Assembly (NCBI GenBank): GCA_965216785.1
Contig: OZ244197.1
Coordinates: 2,304,001-2,368,000, forward strand
Direction: 5' to 3'
Origin: Thermodesulfobacteriota bacterium
GTDB lineage: Bacteria > Desulfobacterota_D > UBA1144 > Nemesobacterales > UBA2774
Length of the DNA: 64,000 nt
A model generated the notes under the pieces. The model was not told where the DNA came from. It did not search any database and saw only the letters and a list, made by a program, of their open reading frames with translations. Shown in pieces: positions 9,387 to 20,165 of this stretch. How positions within the stretch are numbered: the first letter of the stretch is position 1; each line of letters begins with the position of its first letter. The position numbers and the translations under genes were made by a program.

Positions 9387-10391
9387 CTAGTTTTTACTGC
9401 AAAGTTCCAGCACAAGCTTAGTAAGCGTATGGTTTTTGGGGACGTAGCTCGTCTTAAGCTTCTTATCGCACTGCCCTAGCGCGCTCATTATTCTCACTAT
9501 ATCGCCGTAAGAAAATTTCTTCTGGTCCTCGCTAAGATAATAAAATGCGCCCGAGGACATCTTCATGATTTTCAGCACCTCTGTTTTCGGGACTTTTTTG
9601 TCTATGAGCTCTTTGCATTTCCAAATTTGGCGGAACCGCCAGCTTATTCGGCTCAGCACTGAAAGGGGCTCCTCTCCCCGGGCTTCAAGCTCCGAGAGCA
9701 CTCCGAGCGCCTGACGCTTGTTTTTTTTAGAGATCGCGTTTATAAGAGAGAAGACATCCTCAAAATTGCTCTTTTTTGTAAGGGCCTTTATGTCTGCCTC
9801 GTCTATTCTTTTTTTTCCGGCGCTGTAGAGTGAGAGTTTCGTAAGCTCGTTCTGTATATCCTGAAGGTCTTCTCCCACAAGCGATATTAAGGTTTCCGCG
9901 CCCCGTCTCGTAAGGTCATATCCCAGCGCGCCTGCAAGAGCCATCGTAGAGCTGAGCGTGTTGCCCTTATCGAGCGAGAAGTCAAAGCTCAAAACGCCCT
10001 TTTTACTCTTCAGCTTTGGTTTTTTGCCGTCAGAGAATACGAGCGCTAGACATGTGGATTCAGAGGGCGAGCCTATATAGGCGTCAAGAATCTCAAGGTC
10101 GGCCGCTTTTAATTTCTCAGCGTTTTTCACAACAACTAGCTTTCTCTTGGAGAACATAGGGTACGTGCTTGCAGTGTCCGCTATCTCTTTGCCCGTTACC
10201 GCGTCCCCGTGAAAAACTACATAGTTAATGTCTTCGGTAGGTTCAAGGGTCATCTCTTTTAGCGTAGATACAGCCTTTTCAATAAGATAAATTTGATCCC
10301 CGGTAAACACATATACAGGGCCGATAGCGCCTTGCTTAATATGGTCGTCAAATTTACTGACTGTATCTTTTTTAGCTCTTCTTTGCGCCAT
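9387..10391 (-). CDS. holA: DNA polymerase III delta subunit
   Basis: 'VYVFTGDQIYLI', 'TYPMFSKRKLVVVKNAE', 'IQNELTKLSLY'; convergent with rpsT as usual. Start placed at the ATG of MAQRR. Confidence 0.88.
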   Translation of the reverse strand: MAQRRAKKDTVSKFDDHIKQGAIGPVYVFTGDQIYLIEKAVSTLKEMTLEPTEDINYVVFHGDAVTGKEIADTASTYPMFSKRKLVVVKNAEKLKAADLEILDAYIGSPSESTCLALVFSDGKKPKLKSKKGVLSFDFSLDKGNTLSSTMALAGALGYDLTRRGAETLISLVGEDLQDIQNELTKLSLYSAGKKRIDEADIKALTKKSNFEDVFSLINAISKKNKRQALGVLSELEARGEEPLSVLSRISWRFRQIWKCKELIDKKVPKTEVLKIMKMSSGAFYYLSEDQKKFSYGDIVRIMSALGQCDKKLKTSYVPKNHTLTKLVLELCSKN

Positions 10392-10523
10392 GTGGATTCT
10401 GTCCTTATTTAAAGCTCTAGGTGGATTATATGCAAGCAGGTGAGTTAAGACAAGGGGTGTTAGTAAAGACGCCTCGCACAAGGCTCGAAAAGCCCACGGG
10501 GCCCGGTTAATATAAATACTGTC

Positions 10524-11234
10524 ATGAATAAGCCGCCCCATGAGATCGAAGTTATATGCCAAGGCACAGTGCGTTACAGCGACGGACTCAAGCTCCAGGA
10601 AAGCTATATAGAGAAAGTAAAGGGCGGCGCCCCCGGCTATCTAATTATGCTTGAGCACCATCCCGTCATTACAAACGGCAGGTTCGCGGGAGATGGAAAT
10701 TTCTCTGTAACTAAAAAGCTTCTTGAAGAAAGGGGAGTAGAAGTGCACAGGACGGACAGGGGAGGGGATCTTACCTACCATGGTCCGGGGCAGTTTGTCG
10801 CCTATCCCATCATCCCCCTCAGGCGCTACAAGCTCCGTCCGAGGGACTATATTCACCTGCTTGAGGAATCCCTCATAAAGACCCTGCGTGCCTGCAGCAT
10901 CAACTCGGAAAGAAAGTCCGGTTATCCCGGGGTATGGGTGCAAGTAAGCTCTGGGACAGGCTCTGCCAAGATCGCGTCCATTGGGGTGAGCGTAAAAAAC
11001 GGTATAACCTCACACGGCTGCGCTCTGAATGTAAATACGGACCTGTCCTATTTTTCACTCATTGTTCCGTGCGGTATTCCGGATGTCGAGATCACGTCCA
11101 TGAGCAAGCTTCTCGGAAAGGAAGTAGAAATAGATAAAGTCGGTCAGACCTTCGCGCGCGAATTTACGGGCCTTCTTTATTCAAAGGCAGGGTCTCTTGG
11201 CACTTCACAAGAGCGGCTCGCCGCCGGGGCCTAG
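10524..11234 (+). CDS. lipB: Lipoyl(octanoyl) transferase
   Basis: 'LEHHPVIT', '[14 protein letters not shown]', 'KIASIG', 'HGCALNV', 'IVPCG'. Confidence 0.93.
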   Translation: MNKPPHEIEVICQGTVRYSDGLKLQESYIEKVKGGAPGYLIMLEHHPVITNGRFAGDGNFSVTKKLLEERGVEVHRTDRGGDLTYHGPGQFVAYPIIPLRRYKLRPRDYIHLLEESLIKTLRACSINSERKSGYPGVWVQVSSGTGSAKIASIGVSVKNGITSHGCALNVNTDLSYFSLIVPCGIPDVEITSMSKLLGKEVEIDKVGQTFAREFTGLLYSKAGSLGTSQERLAAGA

Positions 11235-11653
11235 GAAGCCCCCGTCAGCTCAAGAGCGTTAAAGAAGTAATTTATCTCGTACTCAGCGGACTCAGGCGAA
11301 TCTGAACCGTGAACAGTATTTTCTTCGATGTTGCTGGCAAAATCCTTTCTGATTGTGCCCTCAGCGGCTTCTTCAGGGTTTGTAGCGCCCATGATCTCTC
11401 TTACTTTCGCTATCGCGTTCTCACCCTCCAGCGCCATGACCACAATCGGCCCCCTGCTCATAAAGTCGGTAAGGCTGCTGAAAAAGGGTCTTTCTTTATG
11501 CACTGCGTAAAACCCCTCAGCGTCCTCTTTAGTAAGCTTGACCATCTTAAGGGCTATTACGTTAATTCCGTTCTTCTCAAACCTGCCGACCACTTCCCCG
11601 ATCACGTTTTTCTCTGTTCCGTCCGGTTTTACTATTGATAAAGTGCGTTCCAA
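11231..11653 (-). CDS. ndk: Nucleoside-diphosphate kinase
   Basis: '[10 protein letters not shown]', 'HKERPFF', 'GTIRKDF', 'NTVHGSDS'; TTG start with GGAGG RBS. Confidence 0.97.
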   Translation of the reverse strand: MERTLSIVKPDGTEKNVIGEVVGRFEKNGINVIALKMVKLTKEDAEGFYAVHKERPFFSSLTDFMSRGPIVVMALEGENAIAKVREIMGATNPEEAAEGTIRKDFASNIEENTVHGSDSPESAEYEINYFFNALELTGAS

Positions 11654-11890
11654 AGCTCTTCCTCCGTCATATTTTTCCCTTTATTCTTTCAGCATTTCCC
11701 GCTTTGTCAAATCACTATTCAAAACAAGGCCGTTTCAGTCCCATTATTTACAAATTAATTTGCCGGTTTTGTATCGAGAGCGCTGTAAATATATTCATAT
11801 ACTCTATCCAGAGTGGTTTATTCCGGGTAAATTGTTATGAATTTATCAGCCGGATATAAATAATTTATACAGCGGAAGGGATGTTTAATA

Positions 11891-12172
11891 ATGAGTGAGA
11901 AGAAAAGCAAAAAGGGTGATGTAGAGGTAAAACCCCAAAGCGCGCCCAGAAGACTCTGGGAATGGTGGAAAAGGGTAGCCAGAAAGATAGGCGACTTCAA
12001 CGCAAGGGTCATACTTACCATATTTTACTGTATACTTTTAATGCCTTTCGCCCTTATGGTGAGGTTGTTAACAGACCCGCTCAGGATTAAACCGAAAACA
12101 GAGAAAAGATGGCTTCAGAGGGAAGCAGAAAAGGATGGAGACCCTTTGGAAAAGGCGGCCAGACAGTTCTAG
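11891..12172 (+). CDS. SxtJ-like small membrane protein
   Basis: 'W..VARKIGDFNARVILTIFY...DPLR...ARQF' pattern; immediately upstream of a carbamoyltransferase. Confidence 0.65.
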   Translation: MSEKKSKKGDVEVKPQSAPRRLWEWWKRVARKIGDFNARVILTIFYCILLMPFALMVRLLTDPLRIKPKTEKRWLQREAEKDGDPLEKAARQF

Positions 12173-12231
12173 GATATAAACCATATCGCCTAGCGGATTA
12201 CATTTATGATTAAGATTAGGAGCATTCTTTA

Positions 12232-14025
12232 ATGTATATACTTGGTATATCTTGTTACTTTCACGATGCCGCGGCGGCTCTGCTAAAAGACGGAGTTCTC
12301 GTAGCGGCGGCAGAGGAAGAGCGGTTCACGCGCATAAAGCATGACTACGAATTCCCTGAAAAGGCCATCCAGTTCTGCCTTGATTTAGAAGGGATAGAGG
12401 CAGGGGATGTAGACTATATAATGTTCTTTGAAAAGCCTTTCGTGAAATTTGAAAGGCTCCTTCTATGCACCATGCAGACGTTCCCCCGCTCGATGAAGCT
12501 TTTCCGCGAGGCCATGGTTACGTGGCTAGGGGATAAGCTCTGGGTCAAGCACCTGCTTCAGAATAAGCTTGGCGTGTCGTCCGAAAAAATCCTATTCAGC
12601 GAGCACCATCTCTCTCACGCCGCAAGCAGCTTTTATTGCTCGCCGTTTGAGGAATCGGCCATACTTACGGTGGACGGTGTCGGCGAATGGACCACGGCGG
12701 CGCTGGGTGTGGGCAAGGGGACCGATATTAAGCTGATTAAGGAGATAAAATTCCCTCATTCTCTCGGGCTTCTGTACAGCGCTTTTACGGCGTTTCTGGG
12801 GTTTGAGGTGAACGAGGGTGAGTACAAGGTCATGGGAATGGCTCCGTTCGGAGTACCAAAATACGTAGACAGAGTGTACGAGACCGTAATGGTAGACGAC
12901 GAGGGAGGGTTTGAGCTCGATATGGACCTCTTCTCGTTTCATTACTCATCTGAAAAGACTTTTAATAAAAATTTCGAGAAAATATTCGGAGACCCAAGGG
13001 AGCCGGGACTTAATTTCTTCACTGCCGAGAGCGGTTTTCCCTCGTATTTTGGCGAAAAGCCGTCCAACTTCGACGAGATTGCGCGCCAAAACCAGTACTA
13101 CGCGGACATTGCGGCCAGCATCCAGGTGGTGACTGAGGAAATAATGGTCAAGATGGCCAACTACGCGCACCGCGAAACAGGGCTCACAAACCTCTGTATG
13201 GCCGGGGGCTGCGCTCTTAACAGTGTCGCTAACAGACGAATTCTTAAAGAAACACCTTTTGAAGAGATATACATTCACCCCGCTGCCGGGGACGGCGGTG
13301 CCGCTGTAGGCGCCGCGCTCTACGGCTATCATGGTCTCCTTGGCAAACCCAGAAACTTCGTCATGGAGCACGCATACTGGGGTCAGGAGCACTCAAACGA
13401 AGATTCACTCGCTTTCCTTAAGGAAAACGACATACCTTATGAGTTCATCGAGGATGAAGACAAGCTAATTGCGCGCGTCACCGAAGGCCTGCTAGAGGGC
13501 AAGGTCGTGGGATGGCATCAGGGCCGTTTCGAATGGGGCCCGAGGGCGCTCGGCAACAGGAGCATCATCGCCGACCCCGGACGCACGGATATGAAAGACA
13601 TAGTTAACGTAAAGATAAAATTCCGCGAGCCGTTCAGACCCTTTGCTCCTTCCATACTAGCGGACAAGGCCTCTGAGTACTTTGACCTTGAAAACCCGGA
13701 AAAGCACTATCCCGCTCGTTTCATGCTCTACGTTACGGACGTAAAGGAAGATAAACGGGAGAAACTGCCGGCCATCACGCACGTTGACGGCACAGGACGT
13801 CTTCAGACTGTTTTTAAGGACTTAAACCCCAAATACTACAAGCTCATACAGTCCATGGGTGAAGCCACCGGTATACCGGTAGTTTTGAACACCTCTTTTA
13901 ACCTAAAGGGCGAGCCGATCGTGAACACCCCGGAAGAAGCGTTTAACTCATTTAACGCGAGCGGCATGGACTTACTCGTATTAGGCAATTATATTGTTGA
14001 TAAAGCAAAGCTCGGAAACTCCTGA
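12232..14025 (+). CDS. O-carbamoyltransferase (NodU/CmcH/SxtI family)
   Basis: 'ILGISCYFHDAAA', 'EEERFTRIKH', 'EHHLSHAASSF', 'EYKVMGMAP', 'GPRALGNRSI', 'RPFAP', 'LNTSFN'. Confidence 0.93.
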   Translation: MYILGISCYFHDAAAALLKDGVLVAAAEEERFTRIKHDYEFPEKAIQFCLDLEGIEAGDVDYIMFFEKPFVKFERLLLCTMQTFPRSMKLFREAMVTWLGDKLWVKHLLQNKLGVSSEKILFSEHHLSHAASSFYCSPFEESAILTVDGVGEWTTAALGVGKGTDIKLIKEIKFPHSLGLLYSAFTAFLGFEVNEGEYKVMGMAPFGVPKYVDRVYETVMVDDEGGFELDMDLFSFHYSSEKTFNKNFEKIFGDPREPGLNFFTAESGFPSYFGEKPSNFDEIARQNQYYADIAASIQVVTEEIMVKMANYAHRETGLTNLCMAGGCALNSVANRRILKETPFEEIYIHPAAGDGGAAVGAALYGYHGLLGKPRNFVMEHAYWGQEHSNEDSLAFLKENDIPYEFIEDEDKLIARVTEGLLEGKVVGWHQGRFEWGPRALGNRSIIADPGRTDMKDIVNVKIKFREPFRPFAPSILADKASEYFDLENPEKHYPARFMLYVTDVKEDKREKLPAITHVDGTGRLQTVFKDLNPKYYKLIQSMGEATGIPVVLNTSFNLKGEPIVNTPEEAFNSFNASGMDLLVLGNYIVDKAKLGNS

Positions 14026-14072
14026 CTTTAAAATTGAATCAAATAGCTGTATATTACTGTGAGGATAATTAA

Positions 14073-14252
14073 ATGGCATTCCTAAAAGGACTAACAAACA
14101 GGCTCGGCATCGTAGGGGAGCTGCTCTCGTTCTTTATTACGAACAAGTGGTGGTGGATTACCCCTATGCTGATCATACTTCTGCTCTTCGGACTTCTCAT
14201 AGTCTTTGCGCAGAGCTCAGCCGTGGCCCCGTTCATTTACACACTCTTTTAA
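14073..14252 (+). CDS. DUF5989/SxtK-like small membrane protein (absent from the ORF track)
   Basis: Hand translation gives MAFLKGLTNRLGIVGELLSFFITNKWWWITPMLIILLLFGLLIVFAQSSAVAPFIYTLF* (59 aa); GAGG RBS; C-terminal 'APFIYTLF' signature. Confidence 0.85.
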   Translation: MAFLKGLTNRLGIVGELLSFFITNKWWWITPMLIILLLFGLLIVFAQSSAVAPFIYTLF

Positions 14253-14300
14253 ATCTTAAGAGCACAGCAAGGTATTCTACAGACTGTGCGCTAAAGGATT

Positions 14301-15176
14301 ATGGCTAAGGTTGCGATCATAGGAAGCGGGGGGCAGTTAGGCTCCGATCTTGCCCGCGCGCTATCGCAGGATACGGGGATTGACCTGCATCTTCTCGATC
14401 ACTCGAGCGTTGAGTGCTCCGACAGGCTCTCTGTGGAAAAAGCGCTTTTCAGCATACGTCCCGAAGTGGTCATAAACTGCGCCGCCTTCGTAAGGGTGGA
14501 CGACTGTGAAGGTATGGCTGAGAGGGCTTTCTCCGTGAACGCCCACGGCGCGGGATATGTAGCGCAGGCCTGCGCCGGTCTTGACGCTACGGTGGTTTAC
14601 ATAAGCACCGATTACGTATTTGACGGCAGGAAAAATACTCCTTACAAAGAAGAAGATAAAACAAACCCTTTAAACGTGTACGGTGAGTCAAAGCTCCAAG
14701 GAGAAAAGCTGGTCAGTGAGAATTGCGCGAGGCACTTCATTGTCAGGACCTCCGGGCTTTACGGCCATAGGCAGAGCGGTAAAGGGGGCGTTGCTGCAAA
14801 CTTTGTCGAGACCATGCTCAAGCTTGCAGAGAATGGAAAGTCGATTCGAGTTGTTGATGACCAGGTTATCACTCCAACTTTTACAAAAGACCTTGCGGGT
14901 GCTATAGCCGGACTTATACGAACCGATCAATACGGCACGTACCACGTTACCAATTCGGGCCAGTGCTCTTGGTTTGAGTTCGGAAAAGCGGTGTTTGAGC
15001 TATCCGGACTAAGTCCCGATTACGGCCCCATCTCCTCAGAAGAATACGGCGCTAAGGCAAATAGGCCCGGGTACTCAGTATTAGATAACACCCGTTTTAA
15101 TAGTCTTGGCGCAATACCTTTGAGAGCGTGGGAAGAAGCATTAAAACAATACTTAGAGCTCAGAGAACGACCCTAA
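14301..15176 (+). CDS. rfbD: dTDP-4-dehydrorhamnose reductase
   Basis: GSGGQLG, 'YISTDYVFDG', 'YGESKLQGE', 'VVDDQ', 'RPGYSVL'. Confidence 0.92.
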   Translation: MAKVAIIGSGGQLGSDLARALSQDTGIDLHLLDHSSVECSDRLSVEKALFSIRPEVVINCAAFVRVDDCEGMAERAFSVNAHGAGYVAQACAGLDATVVYISTDYVFDGRKNTPYKEEDKTNPLNVYGESKLQGEKLVSENCARHFIVRTSGLYGHRQSGKGGVAANFVETMLKLAENGKSIRVVDDQVITPTFTKDLAGAIAGLIRTDQYGTYHVTNSGQCSWFEFGKAVFELSGLSPDYGPISSEEYGAKANRPGYSVLDNTRFNSLGAIPLRAWEEALKQYLELRERP

Positions 15177-15267
15177 ATGATTGACCTTTCCGAATTTTCA
15201 CATAAACTTCTCGCCACTTCTAGTTAAAAATCCAAAAATACATTTTTTTGTAAGAGGGAGATTAGTA

Positions 15268-15867
15268 ATGGAAAGATTTGTCATACCCCACGATCATGAG
15301 ATCACAAAAGAGGACAGGCGCAGGCTTAACGGCCACGGCTCGCTCATCCTCTGGTTCACAGGGCTTCCGAGCTCAGGTAAATCCACAATCGCGAACGAAG
15401 TAGAGAAAAGACTCATAGCCTCGGGAATAAGGACCTACATCCTGGACGGCGACAACGTCAGGATGGGCCTGTGCAAAGACCTCGGTTTCTCAGAAGAGGA
15501 CAGGGCAGAGAACATCCGCCGCATAGGCGAAGTGTCAAAACTTTTCGCTGACGCGGGATGCGTTACACTGTCCGCTTTCGTCTCACCTTACAGGCGCGAC
15601 CGCGACGCCATAAGGGAAATTGTAGAAGACGGGGAGTTTGTAGAAGTGTTCGTAGATGCTCCTGTAGAAGTTTGCGAGGAGCGCGATGTAAAGGGACTGT
15701 ACAAAAAAGCCCGCGAGGGTGTTATCAAAGGCTTTACAGGTATTGATGACCCATATGAAGAGCCGCAAAACCCTGAAATCACCATTCACACCGACAAAAG
15801 CTCTCTTGAAGAGGGAGTTCAGTTGGTCATAGACTATCTCGTCGAGAGAAAAGTCGTCGATTTATAA
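15268..15867 (+). CDS. cysC: Adenylyl-sulfate kinase
   Basis: 'WFTGLPSSGKST', 'LDGDNVR', 'RDVKGLYKKAR', 'FTGIDDPYE'. Start placed at the ATG after GAGGGAG. Confidence 0.93.
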   Translation: MERFVIPHDHEITKEDRRRLNGHGSLILWFTGLPSSGKSTIANEVEKRLIASGIRTYILDGDNVRMGLCKDLGFSEEDRAENIRRIGEVSKLFADAGCVTLSAFVSPYRRDRDAIREIVEDGEFVEVFVDAPVEVCEERDVKGLYKKAREGVIKGFTGIDDPYEEPQNPEITIHTDKSSLEEGVQLVIDYLVERKVVDL

Positions 15868-15878
15868 TATTAGAAATC

Positions 15879-15946
15879 ACGGGCTTCTCCACTGAGATCG
15901 TTTTCCGTAAGTTCCCGATTAACGATCCACGGCGGAGAATGCCCGT
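15879..15946. other. Long imperfect hairpin downstream of cysC
   Basis: Outer stem ACGGGC-TTCTCC / GGAGAA-T-GCCCGT and inner stem GATCGTT / AACGATC. Confidence 0.55.
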
Positions 15947-16242
15947 TCTTATACCCAAACTTTCCTGACGAACCATCCACTTAGTATTAAATAGTTCTTG
16001 CAAAAATAGTTAGTTGTTTTAAAATGTTTATAAGTGACAGGTTTAACTAATAAAAGAGAAGCAGAGCCTGGATAGCTTGTACAGCTTTCCCAATAACTCA
16101 ACGGTTACCGCGTTGCATATACAGTTAGCCGCATAGCCCTGAGAAGCAATTTGTTATGGGAAATATTATACTGTTGAGAAAAAATCTCTAAGTAGTTAGT
16201 GGGAGTTGTATTTTCTAACAGTTAATGCTCTAATACAAAGGC

Positions 16243-17352
16243 ATGAAAATATCCTGCATACTTGTCCATTACCATACCCCGGAGCTCCTGAAAAGAGCTG
16301 TAACGGCAATTGAAAATGACGCTTCCTCAAGCGGGCTTGATGTAGATATCATCGTTGTAGACAACGGCAGCGCGCAAAAAGACCATTCGCATCTTCAGAG
16401 CTTAAATGCAAAGCTTATTGAGCCGGGAGAAAATTTAGGCTACGCGGGGGGCGTAAACCTTGGGACTAAGCATTCAAATGCTGATGTTCTTATATTTATG
16501 AACCCCGATGTCGAGGTTTTGCCGGGCTGCATCGGGGCGCTTGTAAAAGCCCTTCAGGGCGGCGCGTCAGCGGCGGGTCCGAGGTTCTACATGGACTCTG
16601 AAAAACAGATTATCCTTCCTCCGCTTTTGTGGCTTACCAGAATGAACGAGATTATCTGGAGATCATCTGTACTGAGCAGAGGGCAGGCAAGATGGGTCAG
16701 AAATTACTGGCGCAGGCACGCGAAAAAGCAGTGGCTCGCGACCGCGCCGGATACAAATTACAACCTGACAGGCGCGCTTCTGGCTATAACCCGCCGGGCT
16801 TGGGAGCAGGTGGGTCCGTTCGATGAAGTGTTTAAACTTTACTTTGAAGAGGTCGACTGGCTTATGCGTCTAAGGAGAAAAGGGCTAAAAGCCTGCTATG
16901 TCCCCACTGCCGAGGCCCTGCACCTTGTAAATCAAAGCGCTATAAAAGAAAAGCTCGCTGAGAAATGGTACGCGGATTCTCTGGCTATATATAGGAGGCG
17001 GTACTACGGAGTATTCTTTACGGCATTTCTTGAACGCGTCGTTCCTGCGATGAGAGGTTTTATTTACATGATGCGAAACGGCGGGGAAGAAGTATACGAA
17101 ACAGAACTCCCGTCAATAGATTTAACAGACTATGATTCCGAACCGGGAAAACCGCTCTGGATCGAAGTCTCGACCCGAGAGCTTGGCATACCGGCTCTAG
17201 GTGTCCCGATCCACGAGGCCGGGCTTAAAAAGTGGGAGTTTCCGGAGTCGGGCTGGAATGCGCTAGGGCCCGGGAAATACTATTTAAGGTTAGTCAATAA
17301 TGACGGACAAGAGCTCGAGGAACGCAGGGTTTTTCACAAATCTGAAGAATAA
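16243..17352 (+). CDS. Glycosyltransferase family 2 (WbbL/rhamnosyltransferase-like) with C-terminal extension
   Basis: 'IVVDNGS', 'NLGYAGGVN', 'MNPD', 'GPFDEVFKLYFEEVDW'. Confidence 0.85.
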   Translation: MKISCILVHYHTPELLKRAVTAIENDASSSGLDVDIIVVDNGSAQKDHSHLQSLNAKLIEPGENLGYAGGVNLGTKHSNADVLIFMNPDVEVLPGCIGALVKALQGGASAAGPRFYMDSEKQIILPPLLWLTRMNEIIWRSSVLSRGQARWVRNYWRRHAKKQWLATAPDTNYNLTGALLAITRRAWEQVGPFDEVFKLYFEEVDWLMRLRRKGLKACYVPTAEALHLVNQSAIKEKLAEKWYADSLAIYRRRYYGVFFTAFLERVVPAMRGFIYMMRNGGEEVYETELPSIDLTDYDSEPGKPLWIEVSTRELGIPALGVPIHEAGLKKWEFPESGWNALGPGKYYLRLVNNDGQELEERRVFHKSEE

Positions 17353-17444
17353 TTAGGAGATCCGTTTCTACACCTAATATTTTATGCGTCTGGTGCGCTT
17401 TGATAACTCTTGGTATACTCAACAGTGCACGCCTAAAAAATCGC

Positions 17445-17474
17445 TTGACTTTTTGATTGCCGATGTATTATCAT
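17445..17474 (+). promoter_or_regulatory. Putative sigma70 promoter of the proA-sigma-recN operon
   Basis: TTGACT-N18-TATCAT. Confidence 0.4.
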
Positions 17475-17507
17475 TTAAGTACCCCTTTTGGTATGTAAAT
17501 TAGCTAA

Positions 17508-18791
17508 ATGTCTGAAATTAAAGCAAAAATAGATCCCAGAATGACAGCTCTAATAAGAGATATAGGAGAGAAATCACGTGTCGCCTCCAGAGAACTGGCC
17601 AAAGTGCGTCCGGAGCTAAAGGACCGCGCGCTACTTAAAATGGCTGATGATCTGGTAAAAAAAGCGGATTATCTGATTTCAGAAAATAAAAAAGACATAG
17701 AAGAGGCGGAGAAAAAAGGCCTGCAGGACTCTCTTATCGACAGGCTTACGCTTACTGCCGAGAGGATAGAGAAAATAGCCCTTGGCTTAAGGCAGGTAGC
17801 CTCGCTCACAGACCCTGTCGGCGAGGTAGTCCGCATGTGGACCAGACCCAACGGTCTGCGCGTGGGGAAAATGAGGATACCGCTTGGAGTAATAGGCATT
17901 ATATACGAGTCCCGTCCCAACGTTACAGCGGACGCGGCGGGGCTATGCGTAAAGTCAGGGAACGCCGTCATATTAAGGGGAGGCTCTGAGACTTTAAGGT
18001 CCAATCTCGCTATTGGGGAGCTTCTTAGGGATGCGCTCAGGCAAAGCGGTCTTCCCGAGGACTCCATACAGATCATCCCTGTTACCGAGCGCTCAGCTGT
18101 GTTGGAAATGTTAAAGCTCGAAGAGCTCATAGACCTGATTATCCCAAGAGGCGGGGAAGGACTAATAAGATTCGTCACAGAGAATTCCAGCATTCCGGTC
18201 TTAAAGCACTACAAAGGAGTTTGTCATGTGTTTGTCGATGAGTCAGCCGATCTTGATATGGCCGAGAGCATCAGCGTAAACGCCAAGGTGCAGAGGCCCG
18301 GTGTATGCAACTCGATGGAAACACTGCTGGTTCACGAAGGGATTGCAGGGCAATTTCTCCCGCGCGCCGTAAAAGCGTTTGCGGATAAAGGGGTCAGGAT
18401 TAAGGGATGCGAGAAGACTCGCGAGATTTCCCCTCAAGTGGAGGAAGCAACAGAAAACGACTACTATGAGGAGTATCTTGATCTAATAATGAACGTAAGA
18501 GTAGTACAGAGCTTAGAGCAGGCCGTAGAGCATATAGAAAAGTTCGGCTCTATGCACACGGAAACAATAGTAACGGAGGATTACAAAAGCTCTCAGGATT
18601 TTATTAACAGTGTAGGTTCTTCTACAGTAATGGTGAACGCATCCACCCGGTTCAGCGACGGTTTTGAGCTCGGGCTCGGAGCGGAGATCGGCATAAGCAC
18701 CACAAAGCTCCACGCGTTCGGTCCTATGGGAGTAGAGGAGCTGACAACGACAAAGTTCATAGTATTAGGCGAAGGTCAGATAAGGCAGTAA
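17508..18791 (+). CDS. proA: Glutamate-5-semialdehyde dehydrogenase
   Basis: '[16 protein letters not shown]', 'IPRGGEGL', 'CNSMETLLV', 'NASTRFSDG', '[16 protein letters not shown]'. Confidence 0.96.
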   Translation: MSEIKAKIDPRMTALIRDIGEKSRVASRELAKVRPELKDRALLKMADDLVKKADYLISENKKDIEEAEKKGLQDSLIDRLTLTAERIEKIALGLRQVASLTDPVGEVVRMWTRPNGLRVGKMRIPLGVIGIIYESRPNVTADAAGLCVKSGNAVILRGGSETLRSNLAIGELLRDALRQSGLPEDSIQIIPVTERSAVLEMLKLEELIDLIIPRGGEGLIRFVTENSSIPVLKHYKGVCHVFVDESADLDMAESISVNAKVQRPGVCNSMETLLVHEGIAGQFLPRAVKAFADKGVRIKGCEKTREISPQVEEATENDYYEEYLDLIMNVRVVQSLEQAVEHIEKFGSMHTETIVTEDYKSSQDFINSVGSSTVMVNASTRFSDGFELGLGAEIGISTTKLHAFGPMGVEELTTTKFIVLGEGQIRQ

Positions 18792-18816
18792 TTCCATCTT
18801 TAAAGGAGGATGGTAA

Positions 18817-20160
18817 TTGAGACAAGCACGACTGAAGAGTAAGAAGCTGACTGCATCCGATCACGGTACTACCAGAGTGGGTGCTCGTTCCAAGAAATCC
18901 AAAGACGGAGATAACAAGCTCTACAAGAGCTCGTATGAGAAATACTCCAAAGATACGACCAAGATAGAGCAGGACGAGATGTTTTTAATAGAAATGGACG
19001 AAAACGTCATCTCCGAGCTATCGCAGTCAAACCTAGAGCTTAAGGACGAATCAGAGAAGAAAGAGGAATCCGAGCAGGAGACAAAGCAGTGGACACCGGA
19101 CGAGGAGTTTAGGCTTCTCCAGGTTTATTTCAAGGAAATGGGCACCGAGCCCCTGCTAACCCCGAAAGAGGAAATTGAAGTTTCCGCTAAAATTAAAAGG
19201 TGCGAAGCCAGAGCCAAAGAGATGCGCTTCGTGCTGGAGTCTCTTTTTGAAAAGCGTTTGGGTAAAGCGCTTCAAAATACAGTTTCAAATGTAGAAGGGC
19301 GTAGCGCCAAGAACCGCGGCTCTTCGCTCGGCAATAGCTCGAATGGGCGCTCACAGAGTTCGATAAAAAGCCGCAGTGTTAATAAAAAGAGCCTAAGACG
19401 CTCGACGCTTCTCTCTAAAGCCTATCTTTCGAGAGCAAGGCGATTTAAGGAGCGGTTCATAAAAGCGAACCTCAGGCTCGTTGTCAGCATAGCGAAACGC
19501 TACATGAGCCGCGGGCTCCCGCTCCCGGACCTTATTCAGGAAGGCAACGTCGGGCTCATGCGCGCTGTCGAGCGCTTCGACCACACCAAGGGCTATAAGT
19601 TCTCGACCTACGCCTCTTGGTGGATCCACCAGGCCATATCACGCTCGCTTCTCGATCAGACCCGAACCATAAGGGTCCCGGTCTACGTGCTGGAGCAGGC
19701 GACCAAGGTGCACAGGATAAGCGCCGTAATGAATAAGGAGATGGGTAGAAAGCCTATGCCCGAAGAGATATCCAAAAAGACCGGCATATCTGTTGACGGC
19801 GTGAAAAGAGTGTTAGAGGCCACAAAAGAAGTAGTGCAGCTCGACTCTCCCGTTTTAGACGGTGAGAAAACGACTCTTCTCGATTTTATTCCGGACGACG
19901 TGACGGGCACGCCCGATTACGCCGTTGCCAGGGCGACCCTAACCACCAACATAATAGACGCTCTATCGACGCTTACTCCGCGCGAGGAGCAGATACTCAA
20001 AATGCGTTTCGGCATAGGGCATGAAACCACGTTCACTCTCGATGAGATAGGAAAGCACTTCCAGCTCACGCGTGAGAGGATTAGGCAGATCGAAAAGAGA
20101 GCGCTTGAGAAGTTAGAGGATTCAGAAGTGGGGGCGATACTAAAAAGCTTTCTTGAATAG
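18817..20160 (+). CDS. RpoD/RpoS-family sigma70 factor lacking a typical region 1.1 (group-2-like)
   Basis: Region 1.2 '[12 protein letters not shown]', region 2 '[13 protein letters not shown]...[18 protein letters not shown]...FSTYASWWI', region 4 'TRERIRQIE'; TTG start with AGGAGG. Confidence 0.9.
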   Translation: MRQARLKSKKLTASDHGTTRVGARSKKSKDGDNKLYKSSYEKYSKDTTKIEQDEMFLIEMDENVISELSQSNLELKDESEKKEESEQETKQWTPDEEFRLLQVYFKEMGTEPLLTPKEEIEVSAKIKRCEARAKEMRFVLESLFEKRLGKALQNTVSNVEGRSAKNRGSSLGNSSNGRSQSSIKSRSVNKKSLRRSTLLSKAYLSRARRFKERFIKANLRLVVSIAKRYMSRGLPLPDLIQEGNVGLMRAVERFDHTKGYKFSTYASWWIHQAISRSLLDQTRTIRVPVYVLEQATKVHRISAVMNKEMGRKPMPEEISKKTGISVDGVKRVLEATKEVVQLDSPVLDGEKTTLLDFIPDDVTGTPDYAVARATLTTNIIDALSTLTPREEQILKMRFGIGHETTFTLDEIGKHFQLTRERIRQIEKRALEKLEDSEVGAILKSFLE

Positions 20161-20165
20161 AATTA

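Noticed and set aside
11891-14252. Saxitoxin biosynthesis
   Set aside because: Only sxtI/J/K-like genes are present, with no sxtA/G/B/D core, and the context is surface glycan.
15879-15946. Integron attC site
   Set aside because: Lacks RYYYAAC/GTTRRRY ends; no cassette array or integrase.
16040-16240. ncRNA/riboswitch in the cysC-GT2 gap
   Set aside because: No recognisable conserved motif or convincing stems.
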